Source: Basidiobolus meristosporus CBS 931.73 (Eukaryota; Fungi; Basidiobolomycota). From it: DNA of 64,000 bases. The stretch is taken from assembly GCA_002104905.1 (NCBI GenBank), contig MCFE01000507.1:1075-65074 (forward strand), given 5' to 3'. How positions within the stretch are numbered: position 1 is the stretch's first letter; each line of letters opens with the position of its first letter. The position numbers and the translations under genes were made by a program. This document shows, in pieces, positions 25,246 through 39,600 of this stretch. Below the pieces are notes generated by a model, which saw only the letters and a program-made list of their open reading frames with translations, was not told the origin of the DNA and did no database searches.

Positions 25246-28200
25246 GGACTTGTTCCATTGGACAGTGCCACATAGTGCCAGCCTGTTTATAGTGCTGGTA
25301 TGATCTGGCACTCTACAGCACTACCTGGCACTATAATTTCTACCATAATGCCAGTGGTAGGATATAGTTACTGGTAATTTTATTTAATCTTACTTATGTT
25401 GCTCAAAATAGTGCTTTCCTTGCCTTATTTACTCCTCATGATGCTCCAGACACATTTCTCTCAGTGGATGTCTTTTTGTATGAGTATACTGTGCATTGCA
25501 AAGTATTGTAACTATTTTACCTGTGCTGCTGTTTTCTCCTGTCCATGACTTTCCTCTGTAATTACCAGCCAAAATGCTGAATTTCTTCAGATATCCAAAT
25601 GTATGCTCTACCCTCACTCTGAAATGATTAAATATCTCATTGTAGAGCTTCTGCTTCCTGTTAAGCACACAATTCCTTGGCTTCCTATATGCTGTAATAC
25701 ATCCTGATCTCTGATATTCCTCTCCTATATGAGCTAAGTCTGCTATGCATTCCAAAATACTTGTGATGTGGAACTATTGCTAAACACTCTAGGATATGGA
25801 AGTCTATTGGAGCTTCTGAACCTAGTATTCTAAGCTTGCCTTAAGTAATTCATACCCTCTGCAAGATGGTTCTACAATGTTGTCAGCTGGGAATGAAAGC
25901 TTCTAGGACTTTTGCTGCCATGCACAGTGGTATGAAACCTTGTGGGGCAATATTTCTTGTAATAGCAGAGAAGCTCAACAATAGACCTCCTTGAGTAGAT
26001 TAGGGTAGATGGTCCACAGTACTAGTCATAGATCTCCTATAGTATGTCAAGAGAGAATCCAGTGGTAGTGATGGGATTGATGAGAAAAGATCATTTGGAT
26101 GAGTAGGTCATATTAAAGTTGGTAGGTGCTCAGGCTCAGGTAAATGGATTTGTTTTGGTGCAATCAGCTTTATTTATCTGAGTTTATATGCATTATGATT
26201 AAATCTTCATCAATTGCACTGTATCCATCATTATGTTGCCAAGATCATCCTCAAACAACAACTCAGCATTTAATGATGCTTTACTCAAAAGTCTAAAATC
26301 AAATAGGAAATCTGCCATTGCTGGGCTTCAACCTGTGTCAATACAATCCAAGATGCAGCATGCATGACATATGGAAACTCAACAATCACATTAGCTTTCA
26401 TATATGTATCAAATAAGACCATGTTGATGCCAATTTACCACTGTGTAAGTATCCAAATCTGTCCCTATGGTAACTATAACAAGTCTTGACTCATCTTTAG
26501 TACAACCCAGACAAAACCCACCCCCCAGCTCACAAGTACAGTCTGGACTGGAGAAGTCAATGTTAGATCTGTTTGAGTTCTTGTGACATGCTTTGAGTAT
26601 GGCTCAAAGGTCTATGATGAGCCTTCATACAGATATTTGGGCACTACACATTAATCTAGCAGAACTAGATATCTTAGAGAGTTGACAGAGATGGAAGAAT
26701 CAGAGTAGAAAGCTGTGGCATGAGTTCTACATTAAGATGCCAGCAGATGTATGTAAAGATATATATAACAGGACAAGTATTGAAATCAAGAATGAGCAAG
26801 AGTGAGGGGAATTGATGAGAAAGCCACATAAGAACAATTTTGCTTGCAATTTATACAGTATGGGCGGGACACATCTGTTTGTGCCTTAACTTTGGGAACC
26901 AAAGAGATCTTGAATGAGCTTTTGCCTCAAATGACTAATGTATTATGTGGTATATTAGTAGGGCTAAGTGGTTTCCAAGAGCAATATACACAGGAATCAT
27001 CCAGGCAACATTTCCAAATATTGAACTCAGGGTAAGTGATTACCTTGAGGAATCAGAAGGCAAGATTCATGAGGAAGAATACAGACCACAAGCAACAGCA
27101 TCTTGGTAGCACCAGTACTCCTTACTGGATTCCTTACCATCCATTGCAACTTCAGCACACCGGCAAACTTCAGTCCAAACTATGCCAACACCCTTCACAT
27201 GAGCACCCTGCATTGAGTCGATGTATGATGGGTCAACACACATGCTTTAGACCAAAACCACCAGAACTTGCAAGACTGCTCATTTAGACACAAGTTCATT
27301 GGAGCAGTCCAAGTTGCATCAAAAAGCGGCATCACATTGGACTCAGCCAATGACCTTGCCAGTGCATCAAGTTGTTCCTGTATATGTCAATACACCTGAC
27401 CATCAGCAAGCTTCTTCGGGTGAACCAACGCATGATGACCCACACGGTGCCTCCACAACCAGAGCATTTGGCAAATAAAAGAATGCATCAGCACGTAGCA
27501 CTGCCAGCCAGCTCAGTGGCATCATCCAGAGAAATTAAACATGGCCAAGCTGCAGCATTGTACTCATTGGCTAGGAGACCAAATACTGACTATGAACACA
27601 CAAATAGCCAAGAGGATTGTCAACAAGGAAGAAGTTTAGGTATGCAAAGTGAATCACTACCAAATGCTCTGGTAGTAATTGCTGTGAGAAAAAAACCTAG
27701 GAAACAATGATACAATTGCATTGAATTGCTATAATTTGTGATGATCCAAACTATACATTTTTGTTTGCAATCCAAATCAAGCCATTACAGATCCGTGATC
27801 ACTAAATTTTTGAAATAAGCAATAACAAGGTTGTCTCACATTTGAGATAGTACCCTTATAAATAAACACCTTGCATATAAATACTGTTGTAAAAAATTTG
27901 TAATTATACCTAAATATTCACCTAACTTAGTCACTTAGATCATTACCTTCATATCCTAGAGAATACTGACCAAATTCCTTGTTGGGATTTACATAGAATA
28001 TTTTCACCAAAATACCAAGTACCCAGAACATGAGAACTTTCAAAGTTGTCCAAACAGCCCCAAACTTTGCACACATGCTCTTGAGACCTTTTGTAACCTA
28101 TTCTATTTGTTTGTAATGCCAAGACCATGTAAATGAATAAATACTATCTTTATGTTCAATAAATCATTGAGTGAAAACCAAATGATATACTTGTCCTCCC

Positions 28201-28810
28201 AAATTACTTCCAGTATCTTTAAGACTCTTACAACATATACATCATCTGTAAAACCAGTGCAGCCATTTGATCTGTTTCACATCTATTTAATTGATTGCAT
28301 GCTAGTAATGACACCTTGTCCAATCACTAGGATCAGGGATTTACTTGCTCAATGGGCAAAATGGGATAGTTGATGGCAAATCAGATAGCTTGTGTATTGG
28401 TCAAAGAGCCAGTTGGGGGCTCACAGCTTCAGCATATTTCTGGACCAATTAACTGCTGGGATGCCACCCAATTGGAGTGATAGTAAACAACATGGTAAGT
28501 ATCAGTGTAGTTTACAGTGTGATACGCATTTATTTCCATTTACATCAATGAAACTTATCCAAATACCAGATTTTACCTACCTTAATAGTAGTAACCAATT
28601 GCGCACATGATGCAAACATTACAAGTTGGCATAATCATCCGTGCCAACCTCACTGAGTCAGATTGTGTCATAGTGTGCAAGATTGTCCCACATGGTGCAA
28701 AATTGTCCAAGAGGAATCCTGCCTACTGGTAGCTATAATATTGTGCCCAATCTTTCTTAGAGACCGCAGATTAAGCCATGCACACTGGCACAGTACAATG
28801 GAATAAGTGT
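25246..28810 (+). mobile_element. H element, both ends present, internally deleted and decayed
   Basis: Left end ggacttgttcc after att; right end tggaataagtgt before aat; contains a copia solo LTR. Confidence 0.9.
27885..28235 (+). mobile_element. Copia solo LTR
   Basis: tgttgtaa..ttacaaca; flanks aatac / tatac (5-bp TSD with one mismatch). Confidence 0.92.
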
Positions 28811-29525
28811 AATGAGTCTAATATCTACACCAAAAACTTTATGAAATCTGCAGTGCTATTAATTTAACAGCCTTTGCAATGTATGCTGACAAGATTCATA
28901 TCATCTTAGTCAAAGGACTCTCATTTTGTGCCAGCTTTTTGGCCAGATCATCAAAATTTTGTCTTATAAAGATTTGCTGACTTTTCTTGGCTTGTGGTGG
29001 AGTCTTGATGATTTAGTTTATAAAATGTCTGTAGTGCTTTATTCCATTTTTTTAAGACTTTAATAAAGTGAGAAGATGTCTAACAGCCCCACTTTTAGCT
29101 CCTGATACTCTGGTTTTAGTGTCAATTACTGGCTACAACTATAGCATTCTTCCAGTGAATCATGTAATCTACATTATACTATGGTTGGATACATATGTAA
29201 TGTATCTCATTGCAATCCTTGAAATTTGGGAAGCTTGCTCCAAAGATCTTTTCTGTTAATAGATAGTCCGCAATGGCAGTAAATAGCTTTAAAGCTTTGC
29301 ACAAGCTGCTTTAGTGGTAGCAACTACAGATTGTGGAAGAAACCTCCTTCAGCAGTCATTCCATAGTGATCTATTATTCATTCTACAAACCTGGAGAGTA
29401 TTCTATCTAATACCTGTCTAACAGTCCATTGAGGCCATAGGACCACATGAATGATTATATAGCAGTACAGATCTGCCCCTGAAAAGCCGGGATTTGTAAT
29501 TTTCTTAAGCAGTAGTAGAGCGCTG

Positions 29526-32500
29526 GTTATGAGCAACTGCTTAAATGTCTAAGTTAGATTAGTTTTTAGTCCAATCAATTAGCTTTATGTTGAGTCTATT
29601 ACTACATCAGTGTTATCACAGAAATCAGTAGCATTAGTCTGCATATGTAGCAGTAGATCCTTATTACACAGAAATAGATATAGTTAGTAGAATCTTGTTG
29701 GGTGATCAAGCTGCAATCAAATGGGTCATCAGCCACAGCCTACGTTCAGAGATACAATTAGTCAGTAATTGATCCAGCAAAAGGTGTATAAGGAGCTGTT
29801 GGAACCTTAATAAAAATTAGTTCAAGTTTTAGTGAATACAAGACTTGCTAAACTCCCTATTCCTCTACAACTCTTGTACCAAGACATGAAACATTGGTAG
29901 CAGCAATAACCAAAAGCCTCCTCCTGAAGAAAGAAGAAGCCATCCTCAAGATGTTAGAAAATAAATAATGGAGAATGCTATGAAGCAGATCCTGGCCCAA
30001 CAGCAATAGCTACTCCAGATCCTCAGCCAGCAGCAGCAAGAAATGACTATGATGGCTCAGAGCTGGCAAAATCCCATTAAGCGCAACTCTGGTATAAAGA
30101 TCAACCTGTATCACAAAAGAGTCAATCAAAACTTTGCAACTTGGCTTTTCCAGACTGAAGAAGCTTTTAAGGCTAATGGAATTGCTGCAGAATGCAAGTT
30201 GCATTTTGCAGCTTCTTACTTTGCAGATGCAGCTTTACAGTAATACCACAACAAGATCAGGTTGGCCACCATGATGGGGTGCTCCACAATCTCTTCTTAG
30301 GATGAGCTTGTGCTGAATATTCAGGATGCTTTGAACTCCTACACCCATAGACACTTGTGAGAAGGAAGATGAAGACACTCAGACAGAAAGTAATGGCTCA
30401 AGAGTACATCTATCAATATAGATATCCACTTATCAAATTGAACAAATAGACCACCTGGATCAAGTTGAATACACTTTTGATGATTTGAAAGAAAGAACTT
30501 GTAAGGAAGTAAGTTATCAGAGACCTCAGACTACTGAAGAAGCCATCAAGAATGCATTGGCTATGACTCAGCTACATTTGGAGTTACAAAGCCACAATGA
30601 CTAATTGGAGTGGCTACAATCACTATGAAAGAAGTCAATCAGAAGCAGTGCCAATGAAATAGACACTATGCAGAAGAATCTCATTTCAGAAGAATGCCTT
30701 GTACATAGAAACATGGACAATGAACTTAAAGAGGACCTGCAACTTGCATTTCATATGACCTCAAACTCAGGAAGACTATTTTATATGAATGGAGTAATCA
30801 ATTGAGTATCTGCTAAGATCAAGATGACTAAGAAGCATCCCATGAGTAAGTGTCAGAGCAACTTACCTTGAAAGCTGTAATCAACTTGGAGCCCACCAAA
30901 TTGACTGCAGTCTCCATAGCTGATGCAAACTCTCACATAATCAACCATATTACTCAGCCTGTAAGAATGAAGATTAATTACAATCAAGGAGACCTACAGA
31001 CCTATATGTTTGGAAACTGCAAGTTTGACCTGGTACTTGGAAAGACCTGGCTATTTTGTTGTAAACTATCCATCAAATGGAGAACCCATGCCACTCAGAT
31101 CTACAAGGACAAAAAGACCTATGAGCTCTCACCTGCCAGACTGGATTTCAACTTGGTTAATTCAGTGTGTGTTAACCAAGTGAGAATAGCAAGACACATT
31201 TCTGTAGAGCACTTAGAAGAGGTACCCAGATGTACCTAATGGCAGGATTATAGGATGATTCCTCTACTCCAGCACCCCAGAAAGTCCAGACTCTTTAGAA
31301 GAAATATTCATACCTGTTTCAAGATGAGCTACTAAGCCTACCGCCATTCAGAGATGTGGATCATGCCATTGACACAGGGGAAGACCCTCCAGTGAGGAAG
31401 ACACCTTACAGAATGAGGCTATTGGAGTTGGATGAGATAAAGAGACAAATAGATCAGTTACTGGAGCAAGGATATATAAGACCTAGGAAGTCACCTTGGG
31501 GAGCACCAGTATATTTTGTTTCAAAGAACAATAGAAAACTTAGGATGTGCATTGACTACTAGGCTCTCAGCTCAGTTACCATGAGGAATAAGTACCTCTT
31601 TCCTTGGATTGATGAGCTTTTGGACCAACTCAATGGAGCTACCATATTCTGCAAGATTGACCTCATGTCAGAGTACAAATAAATTAGGGTGAAGCCAGAA
31701 GACATCACCTAGACAGCATTCAGGACCAGATATGGACATTACAAGTACTTAGTCATGAGTTTTGACCTTGCCAATGCTGCTGCAACATTCATGACCTTGA
31801 TGCAAACAGCCTTGTAGGAGTACCTAGACAAATTTGTGGCAATTTTCCTAAATGACATATTGTTATACAGTACAACAGAAGAGGAACACTTGGAGAACAT
31901 TGAAAAGATCCTGTAGATACCAAGAAAGAACCAGCTTTATGGCAAGCTAGCAAAGTGTGAATTATTGAAGGAACATGTTGCATACCTTGAACACCTAATG
32001 ACTTGCACTGGAGTGACCTTGGACCTCAAGAAAGTTGAAATCATCAGGAATCTGAAGCAGCCCCATAGCATTTCAGAGCTTCAATTGTTCCTTGGAATGG
32101 TTTTGTATTATTGCAGATTTGTCAAGTCTTTTGCAAGTATTGTAGCCCAGTTAACTGATATTCTGAAGAAAGACAGCACCTTGAAGTGGGTCATTGCCTG
32201 TGAGACTGCCTTTCAGATGCTCAAGAATGAACTTGCTAAGCTGCCAAGCTTAGGACTACCTGACATCTGAATAGAGTTTAGTCTGTGCACAGATGCTTCA
32301 GACTATGCAATTAGTGGAGTACTGAGCCAAGAACATTAGGGAAAGTACTACCCAGTTGCTTCTGAGTCCAAAAAACTGAACTCAGCAGTGAAGACTGATC
32401 TTGCCTCACTCTAGTATTTATTTACTCAGAAGGTACTATTCAGAATAATGACATGATGGAGTGAATACATTCAGCAACTTGACATAGAGATTGTCTACCA

Positions 32501-33288
32501 CCCTGGGAAGAACAACAGAGTTGCTGAAGCCTTATCAAGACTAGAGCTAGTAGCACAACTCAACTTGGTTCACACATCAGATTGGCCTAGCTTATTACCA
32601 AAGTGTTTGGAGGACTGATCCATTCCTATTGAGGTAGGTGAAGAGATCAAAAAGATAATCTGGGATGAAGCCAGCAAATTTGTAGTACAGGATGAACACT
32701 CTACTGAATTGTTGATGGAAGCCCTATCTGCTATTAACCTTGTGTTGCTTGCCTGGATTTAATACATAAGCTACACAAAGGATATTGATATCTTGGAATT
32801 TAGGGAACCTGTGGCCTTGTCAAAGCCAGAGCATGGTGACCCAGAATGCAACAAGATATTGAGAAGTTTGTGATGACATGCCCAAATTGCCAAATCAACC
32901 AGGCCAATACTGAACTATCAAGATATTGGTATCACAAAAGAAGAGACTCTGGAGAACCCTCTCAACTTCAGTAGGGGAGAGTGCTATGATTTACCACTGG
33001 TATGTTTAAGCTAGATTGTTTTTTAGGCAAATCAATTAGCTTTATGTTTAACCCATCAGTATATCAGTGTTATCTATCAAATTAGTATCATTGGTCAGCA
33101 AATGTATCAGCAGATCCTTATATGACAGATATAGATATATTTAGTAGAATCTTGTTGGCTGATGATGCTGTAGTCAAATGAGTCATCAGCTGTAACCTAC
33201 CTTAGGAAATAAAATTAGTCAGCAATTGATCTGGCAAAATGTGTATAAGGAGCTGCTGGAACCTCAATAAAAGTCAGTTCAAGTTTTG
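29526..33288 (+). mobile_element. Ty3/gypsy family A copy, heavily decayed, most of integrase deleted
   Basis: 5' LTR ~29526-29893, PBS tggtagcagc, gag/PR/RT/RH remnants, PPT agtaggggagag; 3' LTR from 32982 cut at 33288. Confidence 0.9.
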
Positions 33289-36200
33289 CCCTATGAAAAA
33301 TTATTGAGATCATCCCGTCAAAAGGCCATCACAAAGTTAATGTCCTGTGAATAAGAGGTACTGATCTTGCCAGGACACCATCCAGGGACTGTTGAAAAAT
33401 AATTGCACCCCAGATTTCACAGAAAACTTTGTCAAAATTTTTCATCACAATGATGTATAAGTGGCTTTGGATTGGTTCCCTGCCAATTTGCTCACTTTCT
33501 GATCCCGGACACTCTATTGTCTCCTATGTTTGTGTGAATTGATTGGTTATTGCCTCTTTTTCACATTCCTTACTTCCTGACTCAACCGTTTCTCTTACTT
33601 TTCATGCACACAAATTGATTTATTTCTGTTGAAACTTCAGTTGTAACTCAAATGCCAATTGTATTGACCTATACAAGTCTCTATACCCTACACTAACATT
33701 GAGCCCAACCCTGTACTCAAGAAGTGGCTCCATCAAAATCCACCACTCAATAATTATTTCTGCTGTAATGCTCTGGTTTCACAACTTTGGGGGGTACCCA
33801 ACGGCTTTATGCCACTTTTCATTCACTGGTTCCCACACATCCTGGTGTTCAGCTGGCACTGCAAGGTCTAGCCCCTCATCTGCAAGTCTTTGCAATAAAT
33901 CCTTGCAATATTCCAGTGCATTTTCTTGAGCACTGCTCTTGAAGAAGTGCTGCAACCTCTTGGTGTGCCTATTAGTGTTCCAAAACTCCACTGAAGGCAT
34001 TGTGACAGTCTTTTGAGCTCTTGACATTGTAGCCTATCCTGTCAGTGGGATCTCCACTCTGTCAACAATGGAGGATGTGGAGGCTGTGGTAGAAAATTGT
34101 TTTTTTCAGCAAACTCATCTACCTTGCTGGAGTGTTGCTCAACTGGCTGCTCTTCCAACTCTTGTGAAAGCAGCTATTTTCTTGTTGGTAATTCTTCTTG
34201 GCTATATTGGGATTCAGTCTGTTCCTGGCTTGTGGCATTAATTGGTAAGAACTGCAGTTTTTTGTCATGCCTCCCTCTCTCAGGCCTGGGTAGACATTTT
34301 GCCTCTTTACCTTTAACTTTATCACTGCCAGGTCTTTCACTGCTACTGTGTCTGAATGCTACCTGTAAAGAAATACATTTTCCCCTGGATAAATTCTGCT
34401 CTGACACATCTGTTTTGGCCTGCTTGTCCCTTGCTAGCACTCTTCTGGCAAACTGGTGTTTCTTTTCAGCTTATTTTGAGCTCTCAACTGTAGTTGTGAC
34501 AGGCTCCTGTAAAGGCGGCTTGTTTTTATCACTGCCAGGTCCTTCACTGTTACCTTGACAGGGTGCTTCTTAGGTGGTGCTACGCTTTTTCCTTGATAAA
34601 TGTTGTGCTGGTTCATCCATGTCTGCCTGCTTGTCCTTAATTGACACTCTTCCAGCTGCCTGATGTCTCTTTGACGCTTGTCTGGAGCTTTTGGCCCTGC
34701 TTGTAACGGGCTCTTGAGGAAGCTGCTGGTTTTTAGCCATGGTACCCTTGTTCTTCTGCCTTTGACAGTTTCTGCTATTCTTAAGATACTTTCTTAGCAT
34801 ACCAATGCTGACCCAAAATCCATTTGCCTGTTTTAATCCAGGATAATGCTCATGGAACATGTCAAGTGCATTCTGCTTGGCCTTGTGTTGCTGATGGTCC
34901 CATGATATGCCAGCCTTACGGTGATGGAGTGCTAGACTTCTGATGGCCTCTTGTATATTAGCCCACTTTTCATTACTGCTCTCAGCAGCTTCACAGATCT
35001 TCAATATCTTTGACTTTTAGGCTTTGGAATAAACACCACAATGTCTCCCTCCCATGCTGGAACAGGTTTTTCTGTGGGCTTTATCTTTGGGCACTGTTGT
35101 TGTGCTTCAAAGACTCTACAGTGTTGCTCTGCTGTTACACTGGAAAATGGCTCAATTCTTGGCTGTGACATTGAGCTACTTGAGTTCCTTCTTTGCAGCA
35201 AAGATAGTGCTTTATCTACCTGGGATATTGATTTCTATACATGTATTATCCGCTCATTCTGCTTCTGGACTACATCCTGATTTCTCTGGGCCATTGCATT
35301 TATCCTATCAGCCACTACACCTAATTGCTTCATTAATGCTTTGGTATGAACTGACAACATACTTGCTAGTATGGGTGGTGGTGATGTTATCATGACCACT
35401 TGCTGATCTTAAACAGAGGGTACTGTGTTTGCCACATTCTCATCTGCCTGAGCATAGTGGTCAGCTTGTTGCTCTGCAGAGGTTCTCAGTTGCCTACTTT
35501 ACTGAGAGCCTGAGGAGTCCACATTATTACCTTCACTGGGCACACTGTCCACAGGGCCTTTTTTGGATGCAGTCCTGCTTGTTGCACTGAATGTCAAAGC
35601 AAGCTGTTGTCCAACTGTTCTTCTGTTGCCATCAGCAGTGGGGTTTGGTTGAGAACCAGACAACTTTGCTTTATTTTTTAGTGGCATATATATGGAAATG
35701 AGTCAAACCAAAGGGGAAATAGTGATACATTTATGTGTGTATGTGATGCCACAACTTTATTTATAATGCTTACCATGGTGGGTCTTCATTGAATCTTACA
35801 TTCATGTAGGTGCAATGTCTCAAATACGACACTGTCTTAAGTTCACATGAGTATTGACCAAAAAGTGATATAATAGCATTACATTGTTGAAGGTCAAACT
35901 GTTTGCCCCATGGACATGACTACGTTGACTCAATGCCATAAGAGAAGAGAAAAATGGCCATGTGGCTATTGTGGCAAGCCTCTCAGCCATGAAGCACACA
36001 GACAGCATAGGAAGTATTACACAGATCACAGCCAGTGTTTTGCCACCCAAGTCATATTTGACCATTCATTGGTCACTACTGTACCAACATTATCTTGCTG
36101 GCCAGTTGATACTTCTATGTTGGCACCTGGCTGTCTTTGTCACCTTGCTCAAACTGAGTCATGTGAGTGTGTGGCACCTTTAGGCTCACTGCAGCTATCT

Positions 36201-36601
36201 GAATATGGCATGCAGAGTGAAAGCTCTGACAAAGTAGGCTCACTGATAGATTTTGAGCCTATCTCCCCTAACAACAGTACCATACATGAGCCTGGTCAAA
36301 TCCCTATATGCAATAAGTCAACATCTATTGAAATAAATGCCAAGTATACTTTATGGAGCCAAGTGAGCCCAGTAATCCATCTACTGGTGAATGATATAAT
36401 GTTGTTGCTGGAGAAGTGGCGCATTTTCACTTATATCAGTAATGGGGGCTTTGAGGTTTAAAACTACTTCTTGCCAAAATCATACCTGGAAGCAACTTAC
36501 CATGTACATGGTACAAGCGGACAACTGTAATGTGGCTGGCAACATATGATCCAGAGACTATCCTGATATTGGCACATGTTAACTGTTTCATGGCATTCAC
36601 A
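33289..36601 (+). mobile_element. CACTA/EnSpm-like element copy 1, truncated by gypsy A3
   Basis: Colinear with 55098-58400; begins ccctatgaaaaa inside a gypsy LTR. Confidence 0.85.
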
Positions 36602-39600
36602 TGTTACAAGTCTTGGTATAAGAGTTGTAGAGGAATAAGGAGTTTAGCTAGTATTGTATTCACTAAAACTTGAACTTATTTTTATTGAGGTTCCAGCAGC
36701 TCCATATATATATTTTGCCAGATCAATTACTGACTAACTGTATTTCCTAATATAGGTTGTGGCTGATGACTCATCTGATTGCATCATCATCACCCAATAA
36801 GATCCTACTTAATATATCTATTACTGTCTGATAAGGATCTGCTGATTCATTTGCTGACTAATACTACTGATTTGATAGATAATACTGATATACTGATAAC
36901 CTAAACATATAATAATTGGTTTGACTAAAAACTGATCTAACTTAAACATTCAAGCGGCAGATCATAACATTCTCCCCTACTAAAGTTGAGAGGGTTCTCC
37001 TGAATCTCTTTTCTTGTGATACCAATATCTTGATGGCTCAGTATTATCAGCAAGTCTTGCAAGCTTGAGTCTGTCCCTATGCACTAAGTCTTCCCGGATA
37101 TTGCCTTGTTTGTCCACCAGTTGGTAAGTTGCAAATGGACATTCTCTGATGATCTTGAATGGTCCTGTCCATTGTGGCTCAAACTTCTTCCAAGTGTTGT
37201 TTCTCAGCAATACAAAGTTCCCAACTGTCAATGCTTCTGGTGCTATAGTCATATCCAATCTCTGCTGTATCTTTTCTGCACTTTGAGATACTTTGGTCTG
37301 TGCCTCTTGACATCTTTGTTCCAGTTGCTGGCATCTACTTGGCTGACTGAGTTCATCTTCTAAGGTGTCTGTAAGCTTTGGTTGTGTGAGATCTCCTGGA
37401 ATCCTTGGTTCACATCCTTACACTAAGTAAAATGGTGATTGCTGGGTGGTGTTGTGTACTCTGACTCTGCATGCAAAGAGGGCTTGGTCTATATACTCAT
37501 CCCATCTACTGACAACTCCATTTGCATACTTGATCAGCATTTTTCCAAATAATCCATTAAACCACTCAGTGACTCCATTAGTTCTGGGGTGATATGCCAA
37601 GGTTTTCAAGTGCCTGATCTATTGCATTTCCAGGCAAGCCTCTAATGTCTTTGCCATAAAGTTTGCACCTCTACCAGATAAGATCTCTACAGGGCATCCA
37701 AAATTCATCAGGATCTCATGGTAAATTAAACTTGCAACTTCTTATTCACTGGCTATTGGTACAGCTTTAGCAACTGGCCATTTAGTGGCATGGTCAATTG
37801 CCACTAGGATCCAATAGTTGCATTTCCTGGTAGTTGGCAGTCTTCCAATAAGGTCAATTCCCCATCCCTCAAGTGGTCTTACAGGCTCCAAAGGGAAGAG
37901 TTTGGCAATTCTTTGTGGCTGGCCTTGATTGATTTGGCAGTTTGGGCATGTTTTCACTAGCTTCTCAATATCTTGTTTCATTCTGGGCCACCAAGCTCTG
38001 GCTTTCACAAGGCTATAGGTTCCTTCAATCCCAAGATGTCCATATCCTTTGTGTAGCTTATGTATTAAATCCAGGCAAAAACATAAGGGCAATAGGGAAT
38101 AGGGCTTCCATCAACAATTTGGTAGAGTGTTTCATCCTTTACTGCAAATTTGCTGGCTTCATCACGGATTATCTTCTTTATCTCTTCATCCACCACATTA
38201 GGAATGGCTTGGTCCTCCAAGTACTTTGGTAATAGGCTAGGCCAATCTCATTCATGCACCAAGTGAAGTTGTGCAACTTGATCTAATCTTGATAAGGCGT
38301 CAGCAACCATGTTGTTTTTTCCAGGGCAGTAGACAATCTCCAGGTCAAATTGCTGAATATATTCACTCCATCTTGTCATTCTTCTGGAGAGTACCTTATG
38401 AGTAAATATATACTTGAGGGAGGCATGATCAGTCTTCACAGTGCACTTGACTCCTTCAATATAGCATCTCCATGTCTTCAAACAGTGTATTATAGCAAGC
38501 ATCTCCTTCTCATGGACTGGAAAGTTTTGTTCTGCTGAGTTCAGTTTCTTGGATTCAAAGGCAATAGGGTAGTCCTTTCCCTTGTGTTCTTGGCTCAGCA
38601 CTCCACCAATTGCATAATCTGAGGCATCTGTGCACAGAGTGAACTCTTTTCTGAAGTCTGGTATTCTTAAGCTTGGCAGCTTAGCAAGTTCATTCTTGAG
38701 CATCTGGAAGGCAGTCTCACAAGCTATGTCCCACTTATAGGTATTGTCTTTCTTGAGGATTTCAGTTAAAGGGGCTGCAATACTTGCAAACAACTTGACA
38801 AATCTCCAATAATAGGAAACCATTCCAAAAAATGATCTGAGCTCTGCTATGCTATGGGGCTGTTTCAGATTCTTGATTACTTCCACCTACTTAGGGTCTA
38901 AGGTTACTCCTGTGCTAGTCACTATGTGTCACAGATATTCATCGTGTTCCTTGAAGAATTTGCACTTGGCTGACTTGCCATATAGCTTGTTCTCCCTTAG
39001 CTTCTTCAAGACCTTTTCAATGTGCACCAAGTGATCCCCTTCTGTCTTGCTGTATATCAATATGTCATCCAGGTAGATTATCACAAACTTGTCTAGGTAC
39101 TCCTGAAAGACAGTCTGCATCAGTGTCATGAATGTTGCAGGGGCATTAGTGAGGCCAAAACTCATGACTAAGTACTTGTAATGTCCATATCTGGTCCTGA
39201 ATGCTGTCTTAGGGATATCTTCTGGTTTCACCCTAATCTGGTTGTATCCTGACATGAGGTCAATCTTGCTGAAAATAGTGGCTCCATTAAGTTGGTCCAA
39301 AAGCTCATCAATCTGAGGTATGGGGTACTTATTCTTGACGGTAACTGAGCTCAGGGCTCTGTAGTCAATGCACATCCTAAGTGTTCCATCCTTCTTTTTC
39401 ACAAAAAGCACTGGTGCTCCCCAGGATGACTTGCTGGGCCTGATGTATTCTTGCTCCAGTAGCTGATCAATTTGTCTCTTCATTTCCTCCAATTCCAATG
39501 GACTCATTCTGTAAGATGTCTTGCTTACTGGAGGGCTATCTCCTGTGTCAATGGCATGATCCACATATCTGACTGGTGGTAGGCTTACAAGCTCATCTGG

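Noticed and set aside
29050-29120. FNKVRRCLTAPLLAPD, resembling the gypsy RT-RNase H linker
   Set aside because: Single short motif with no flanking support.
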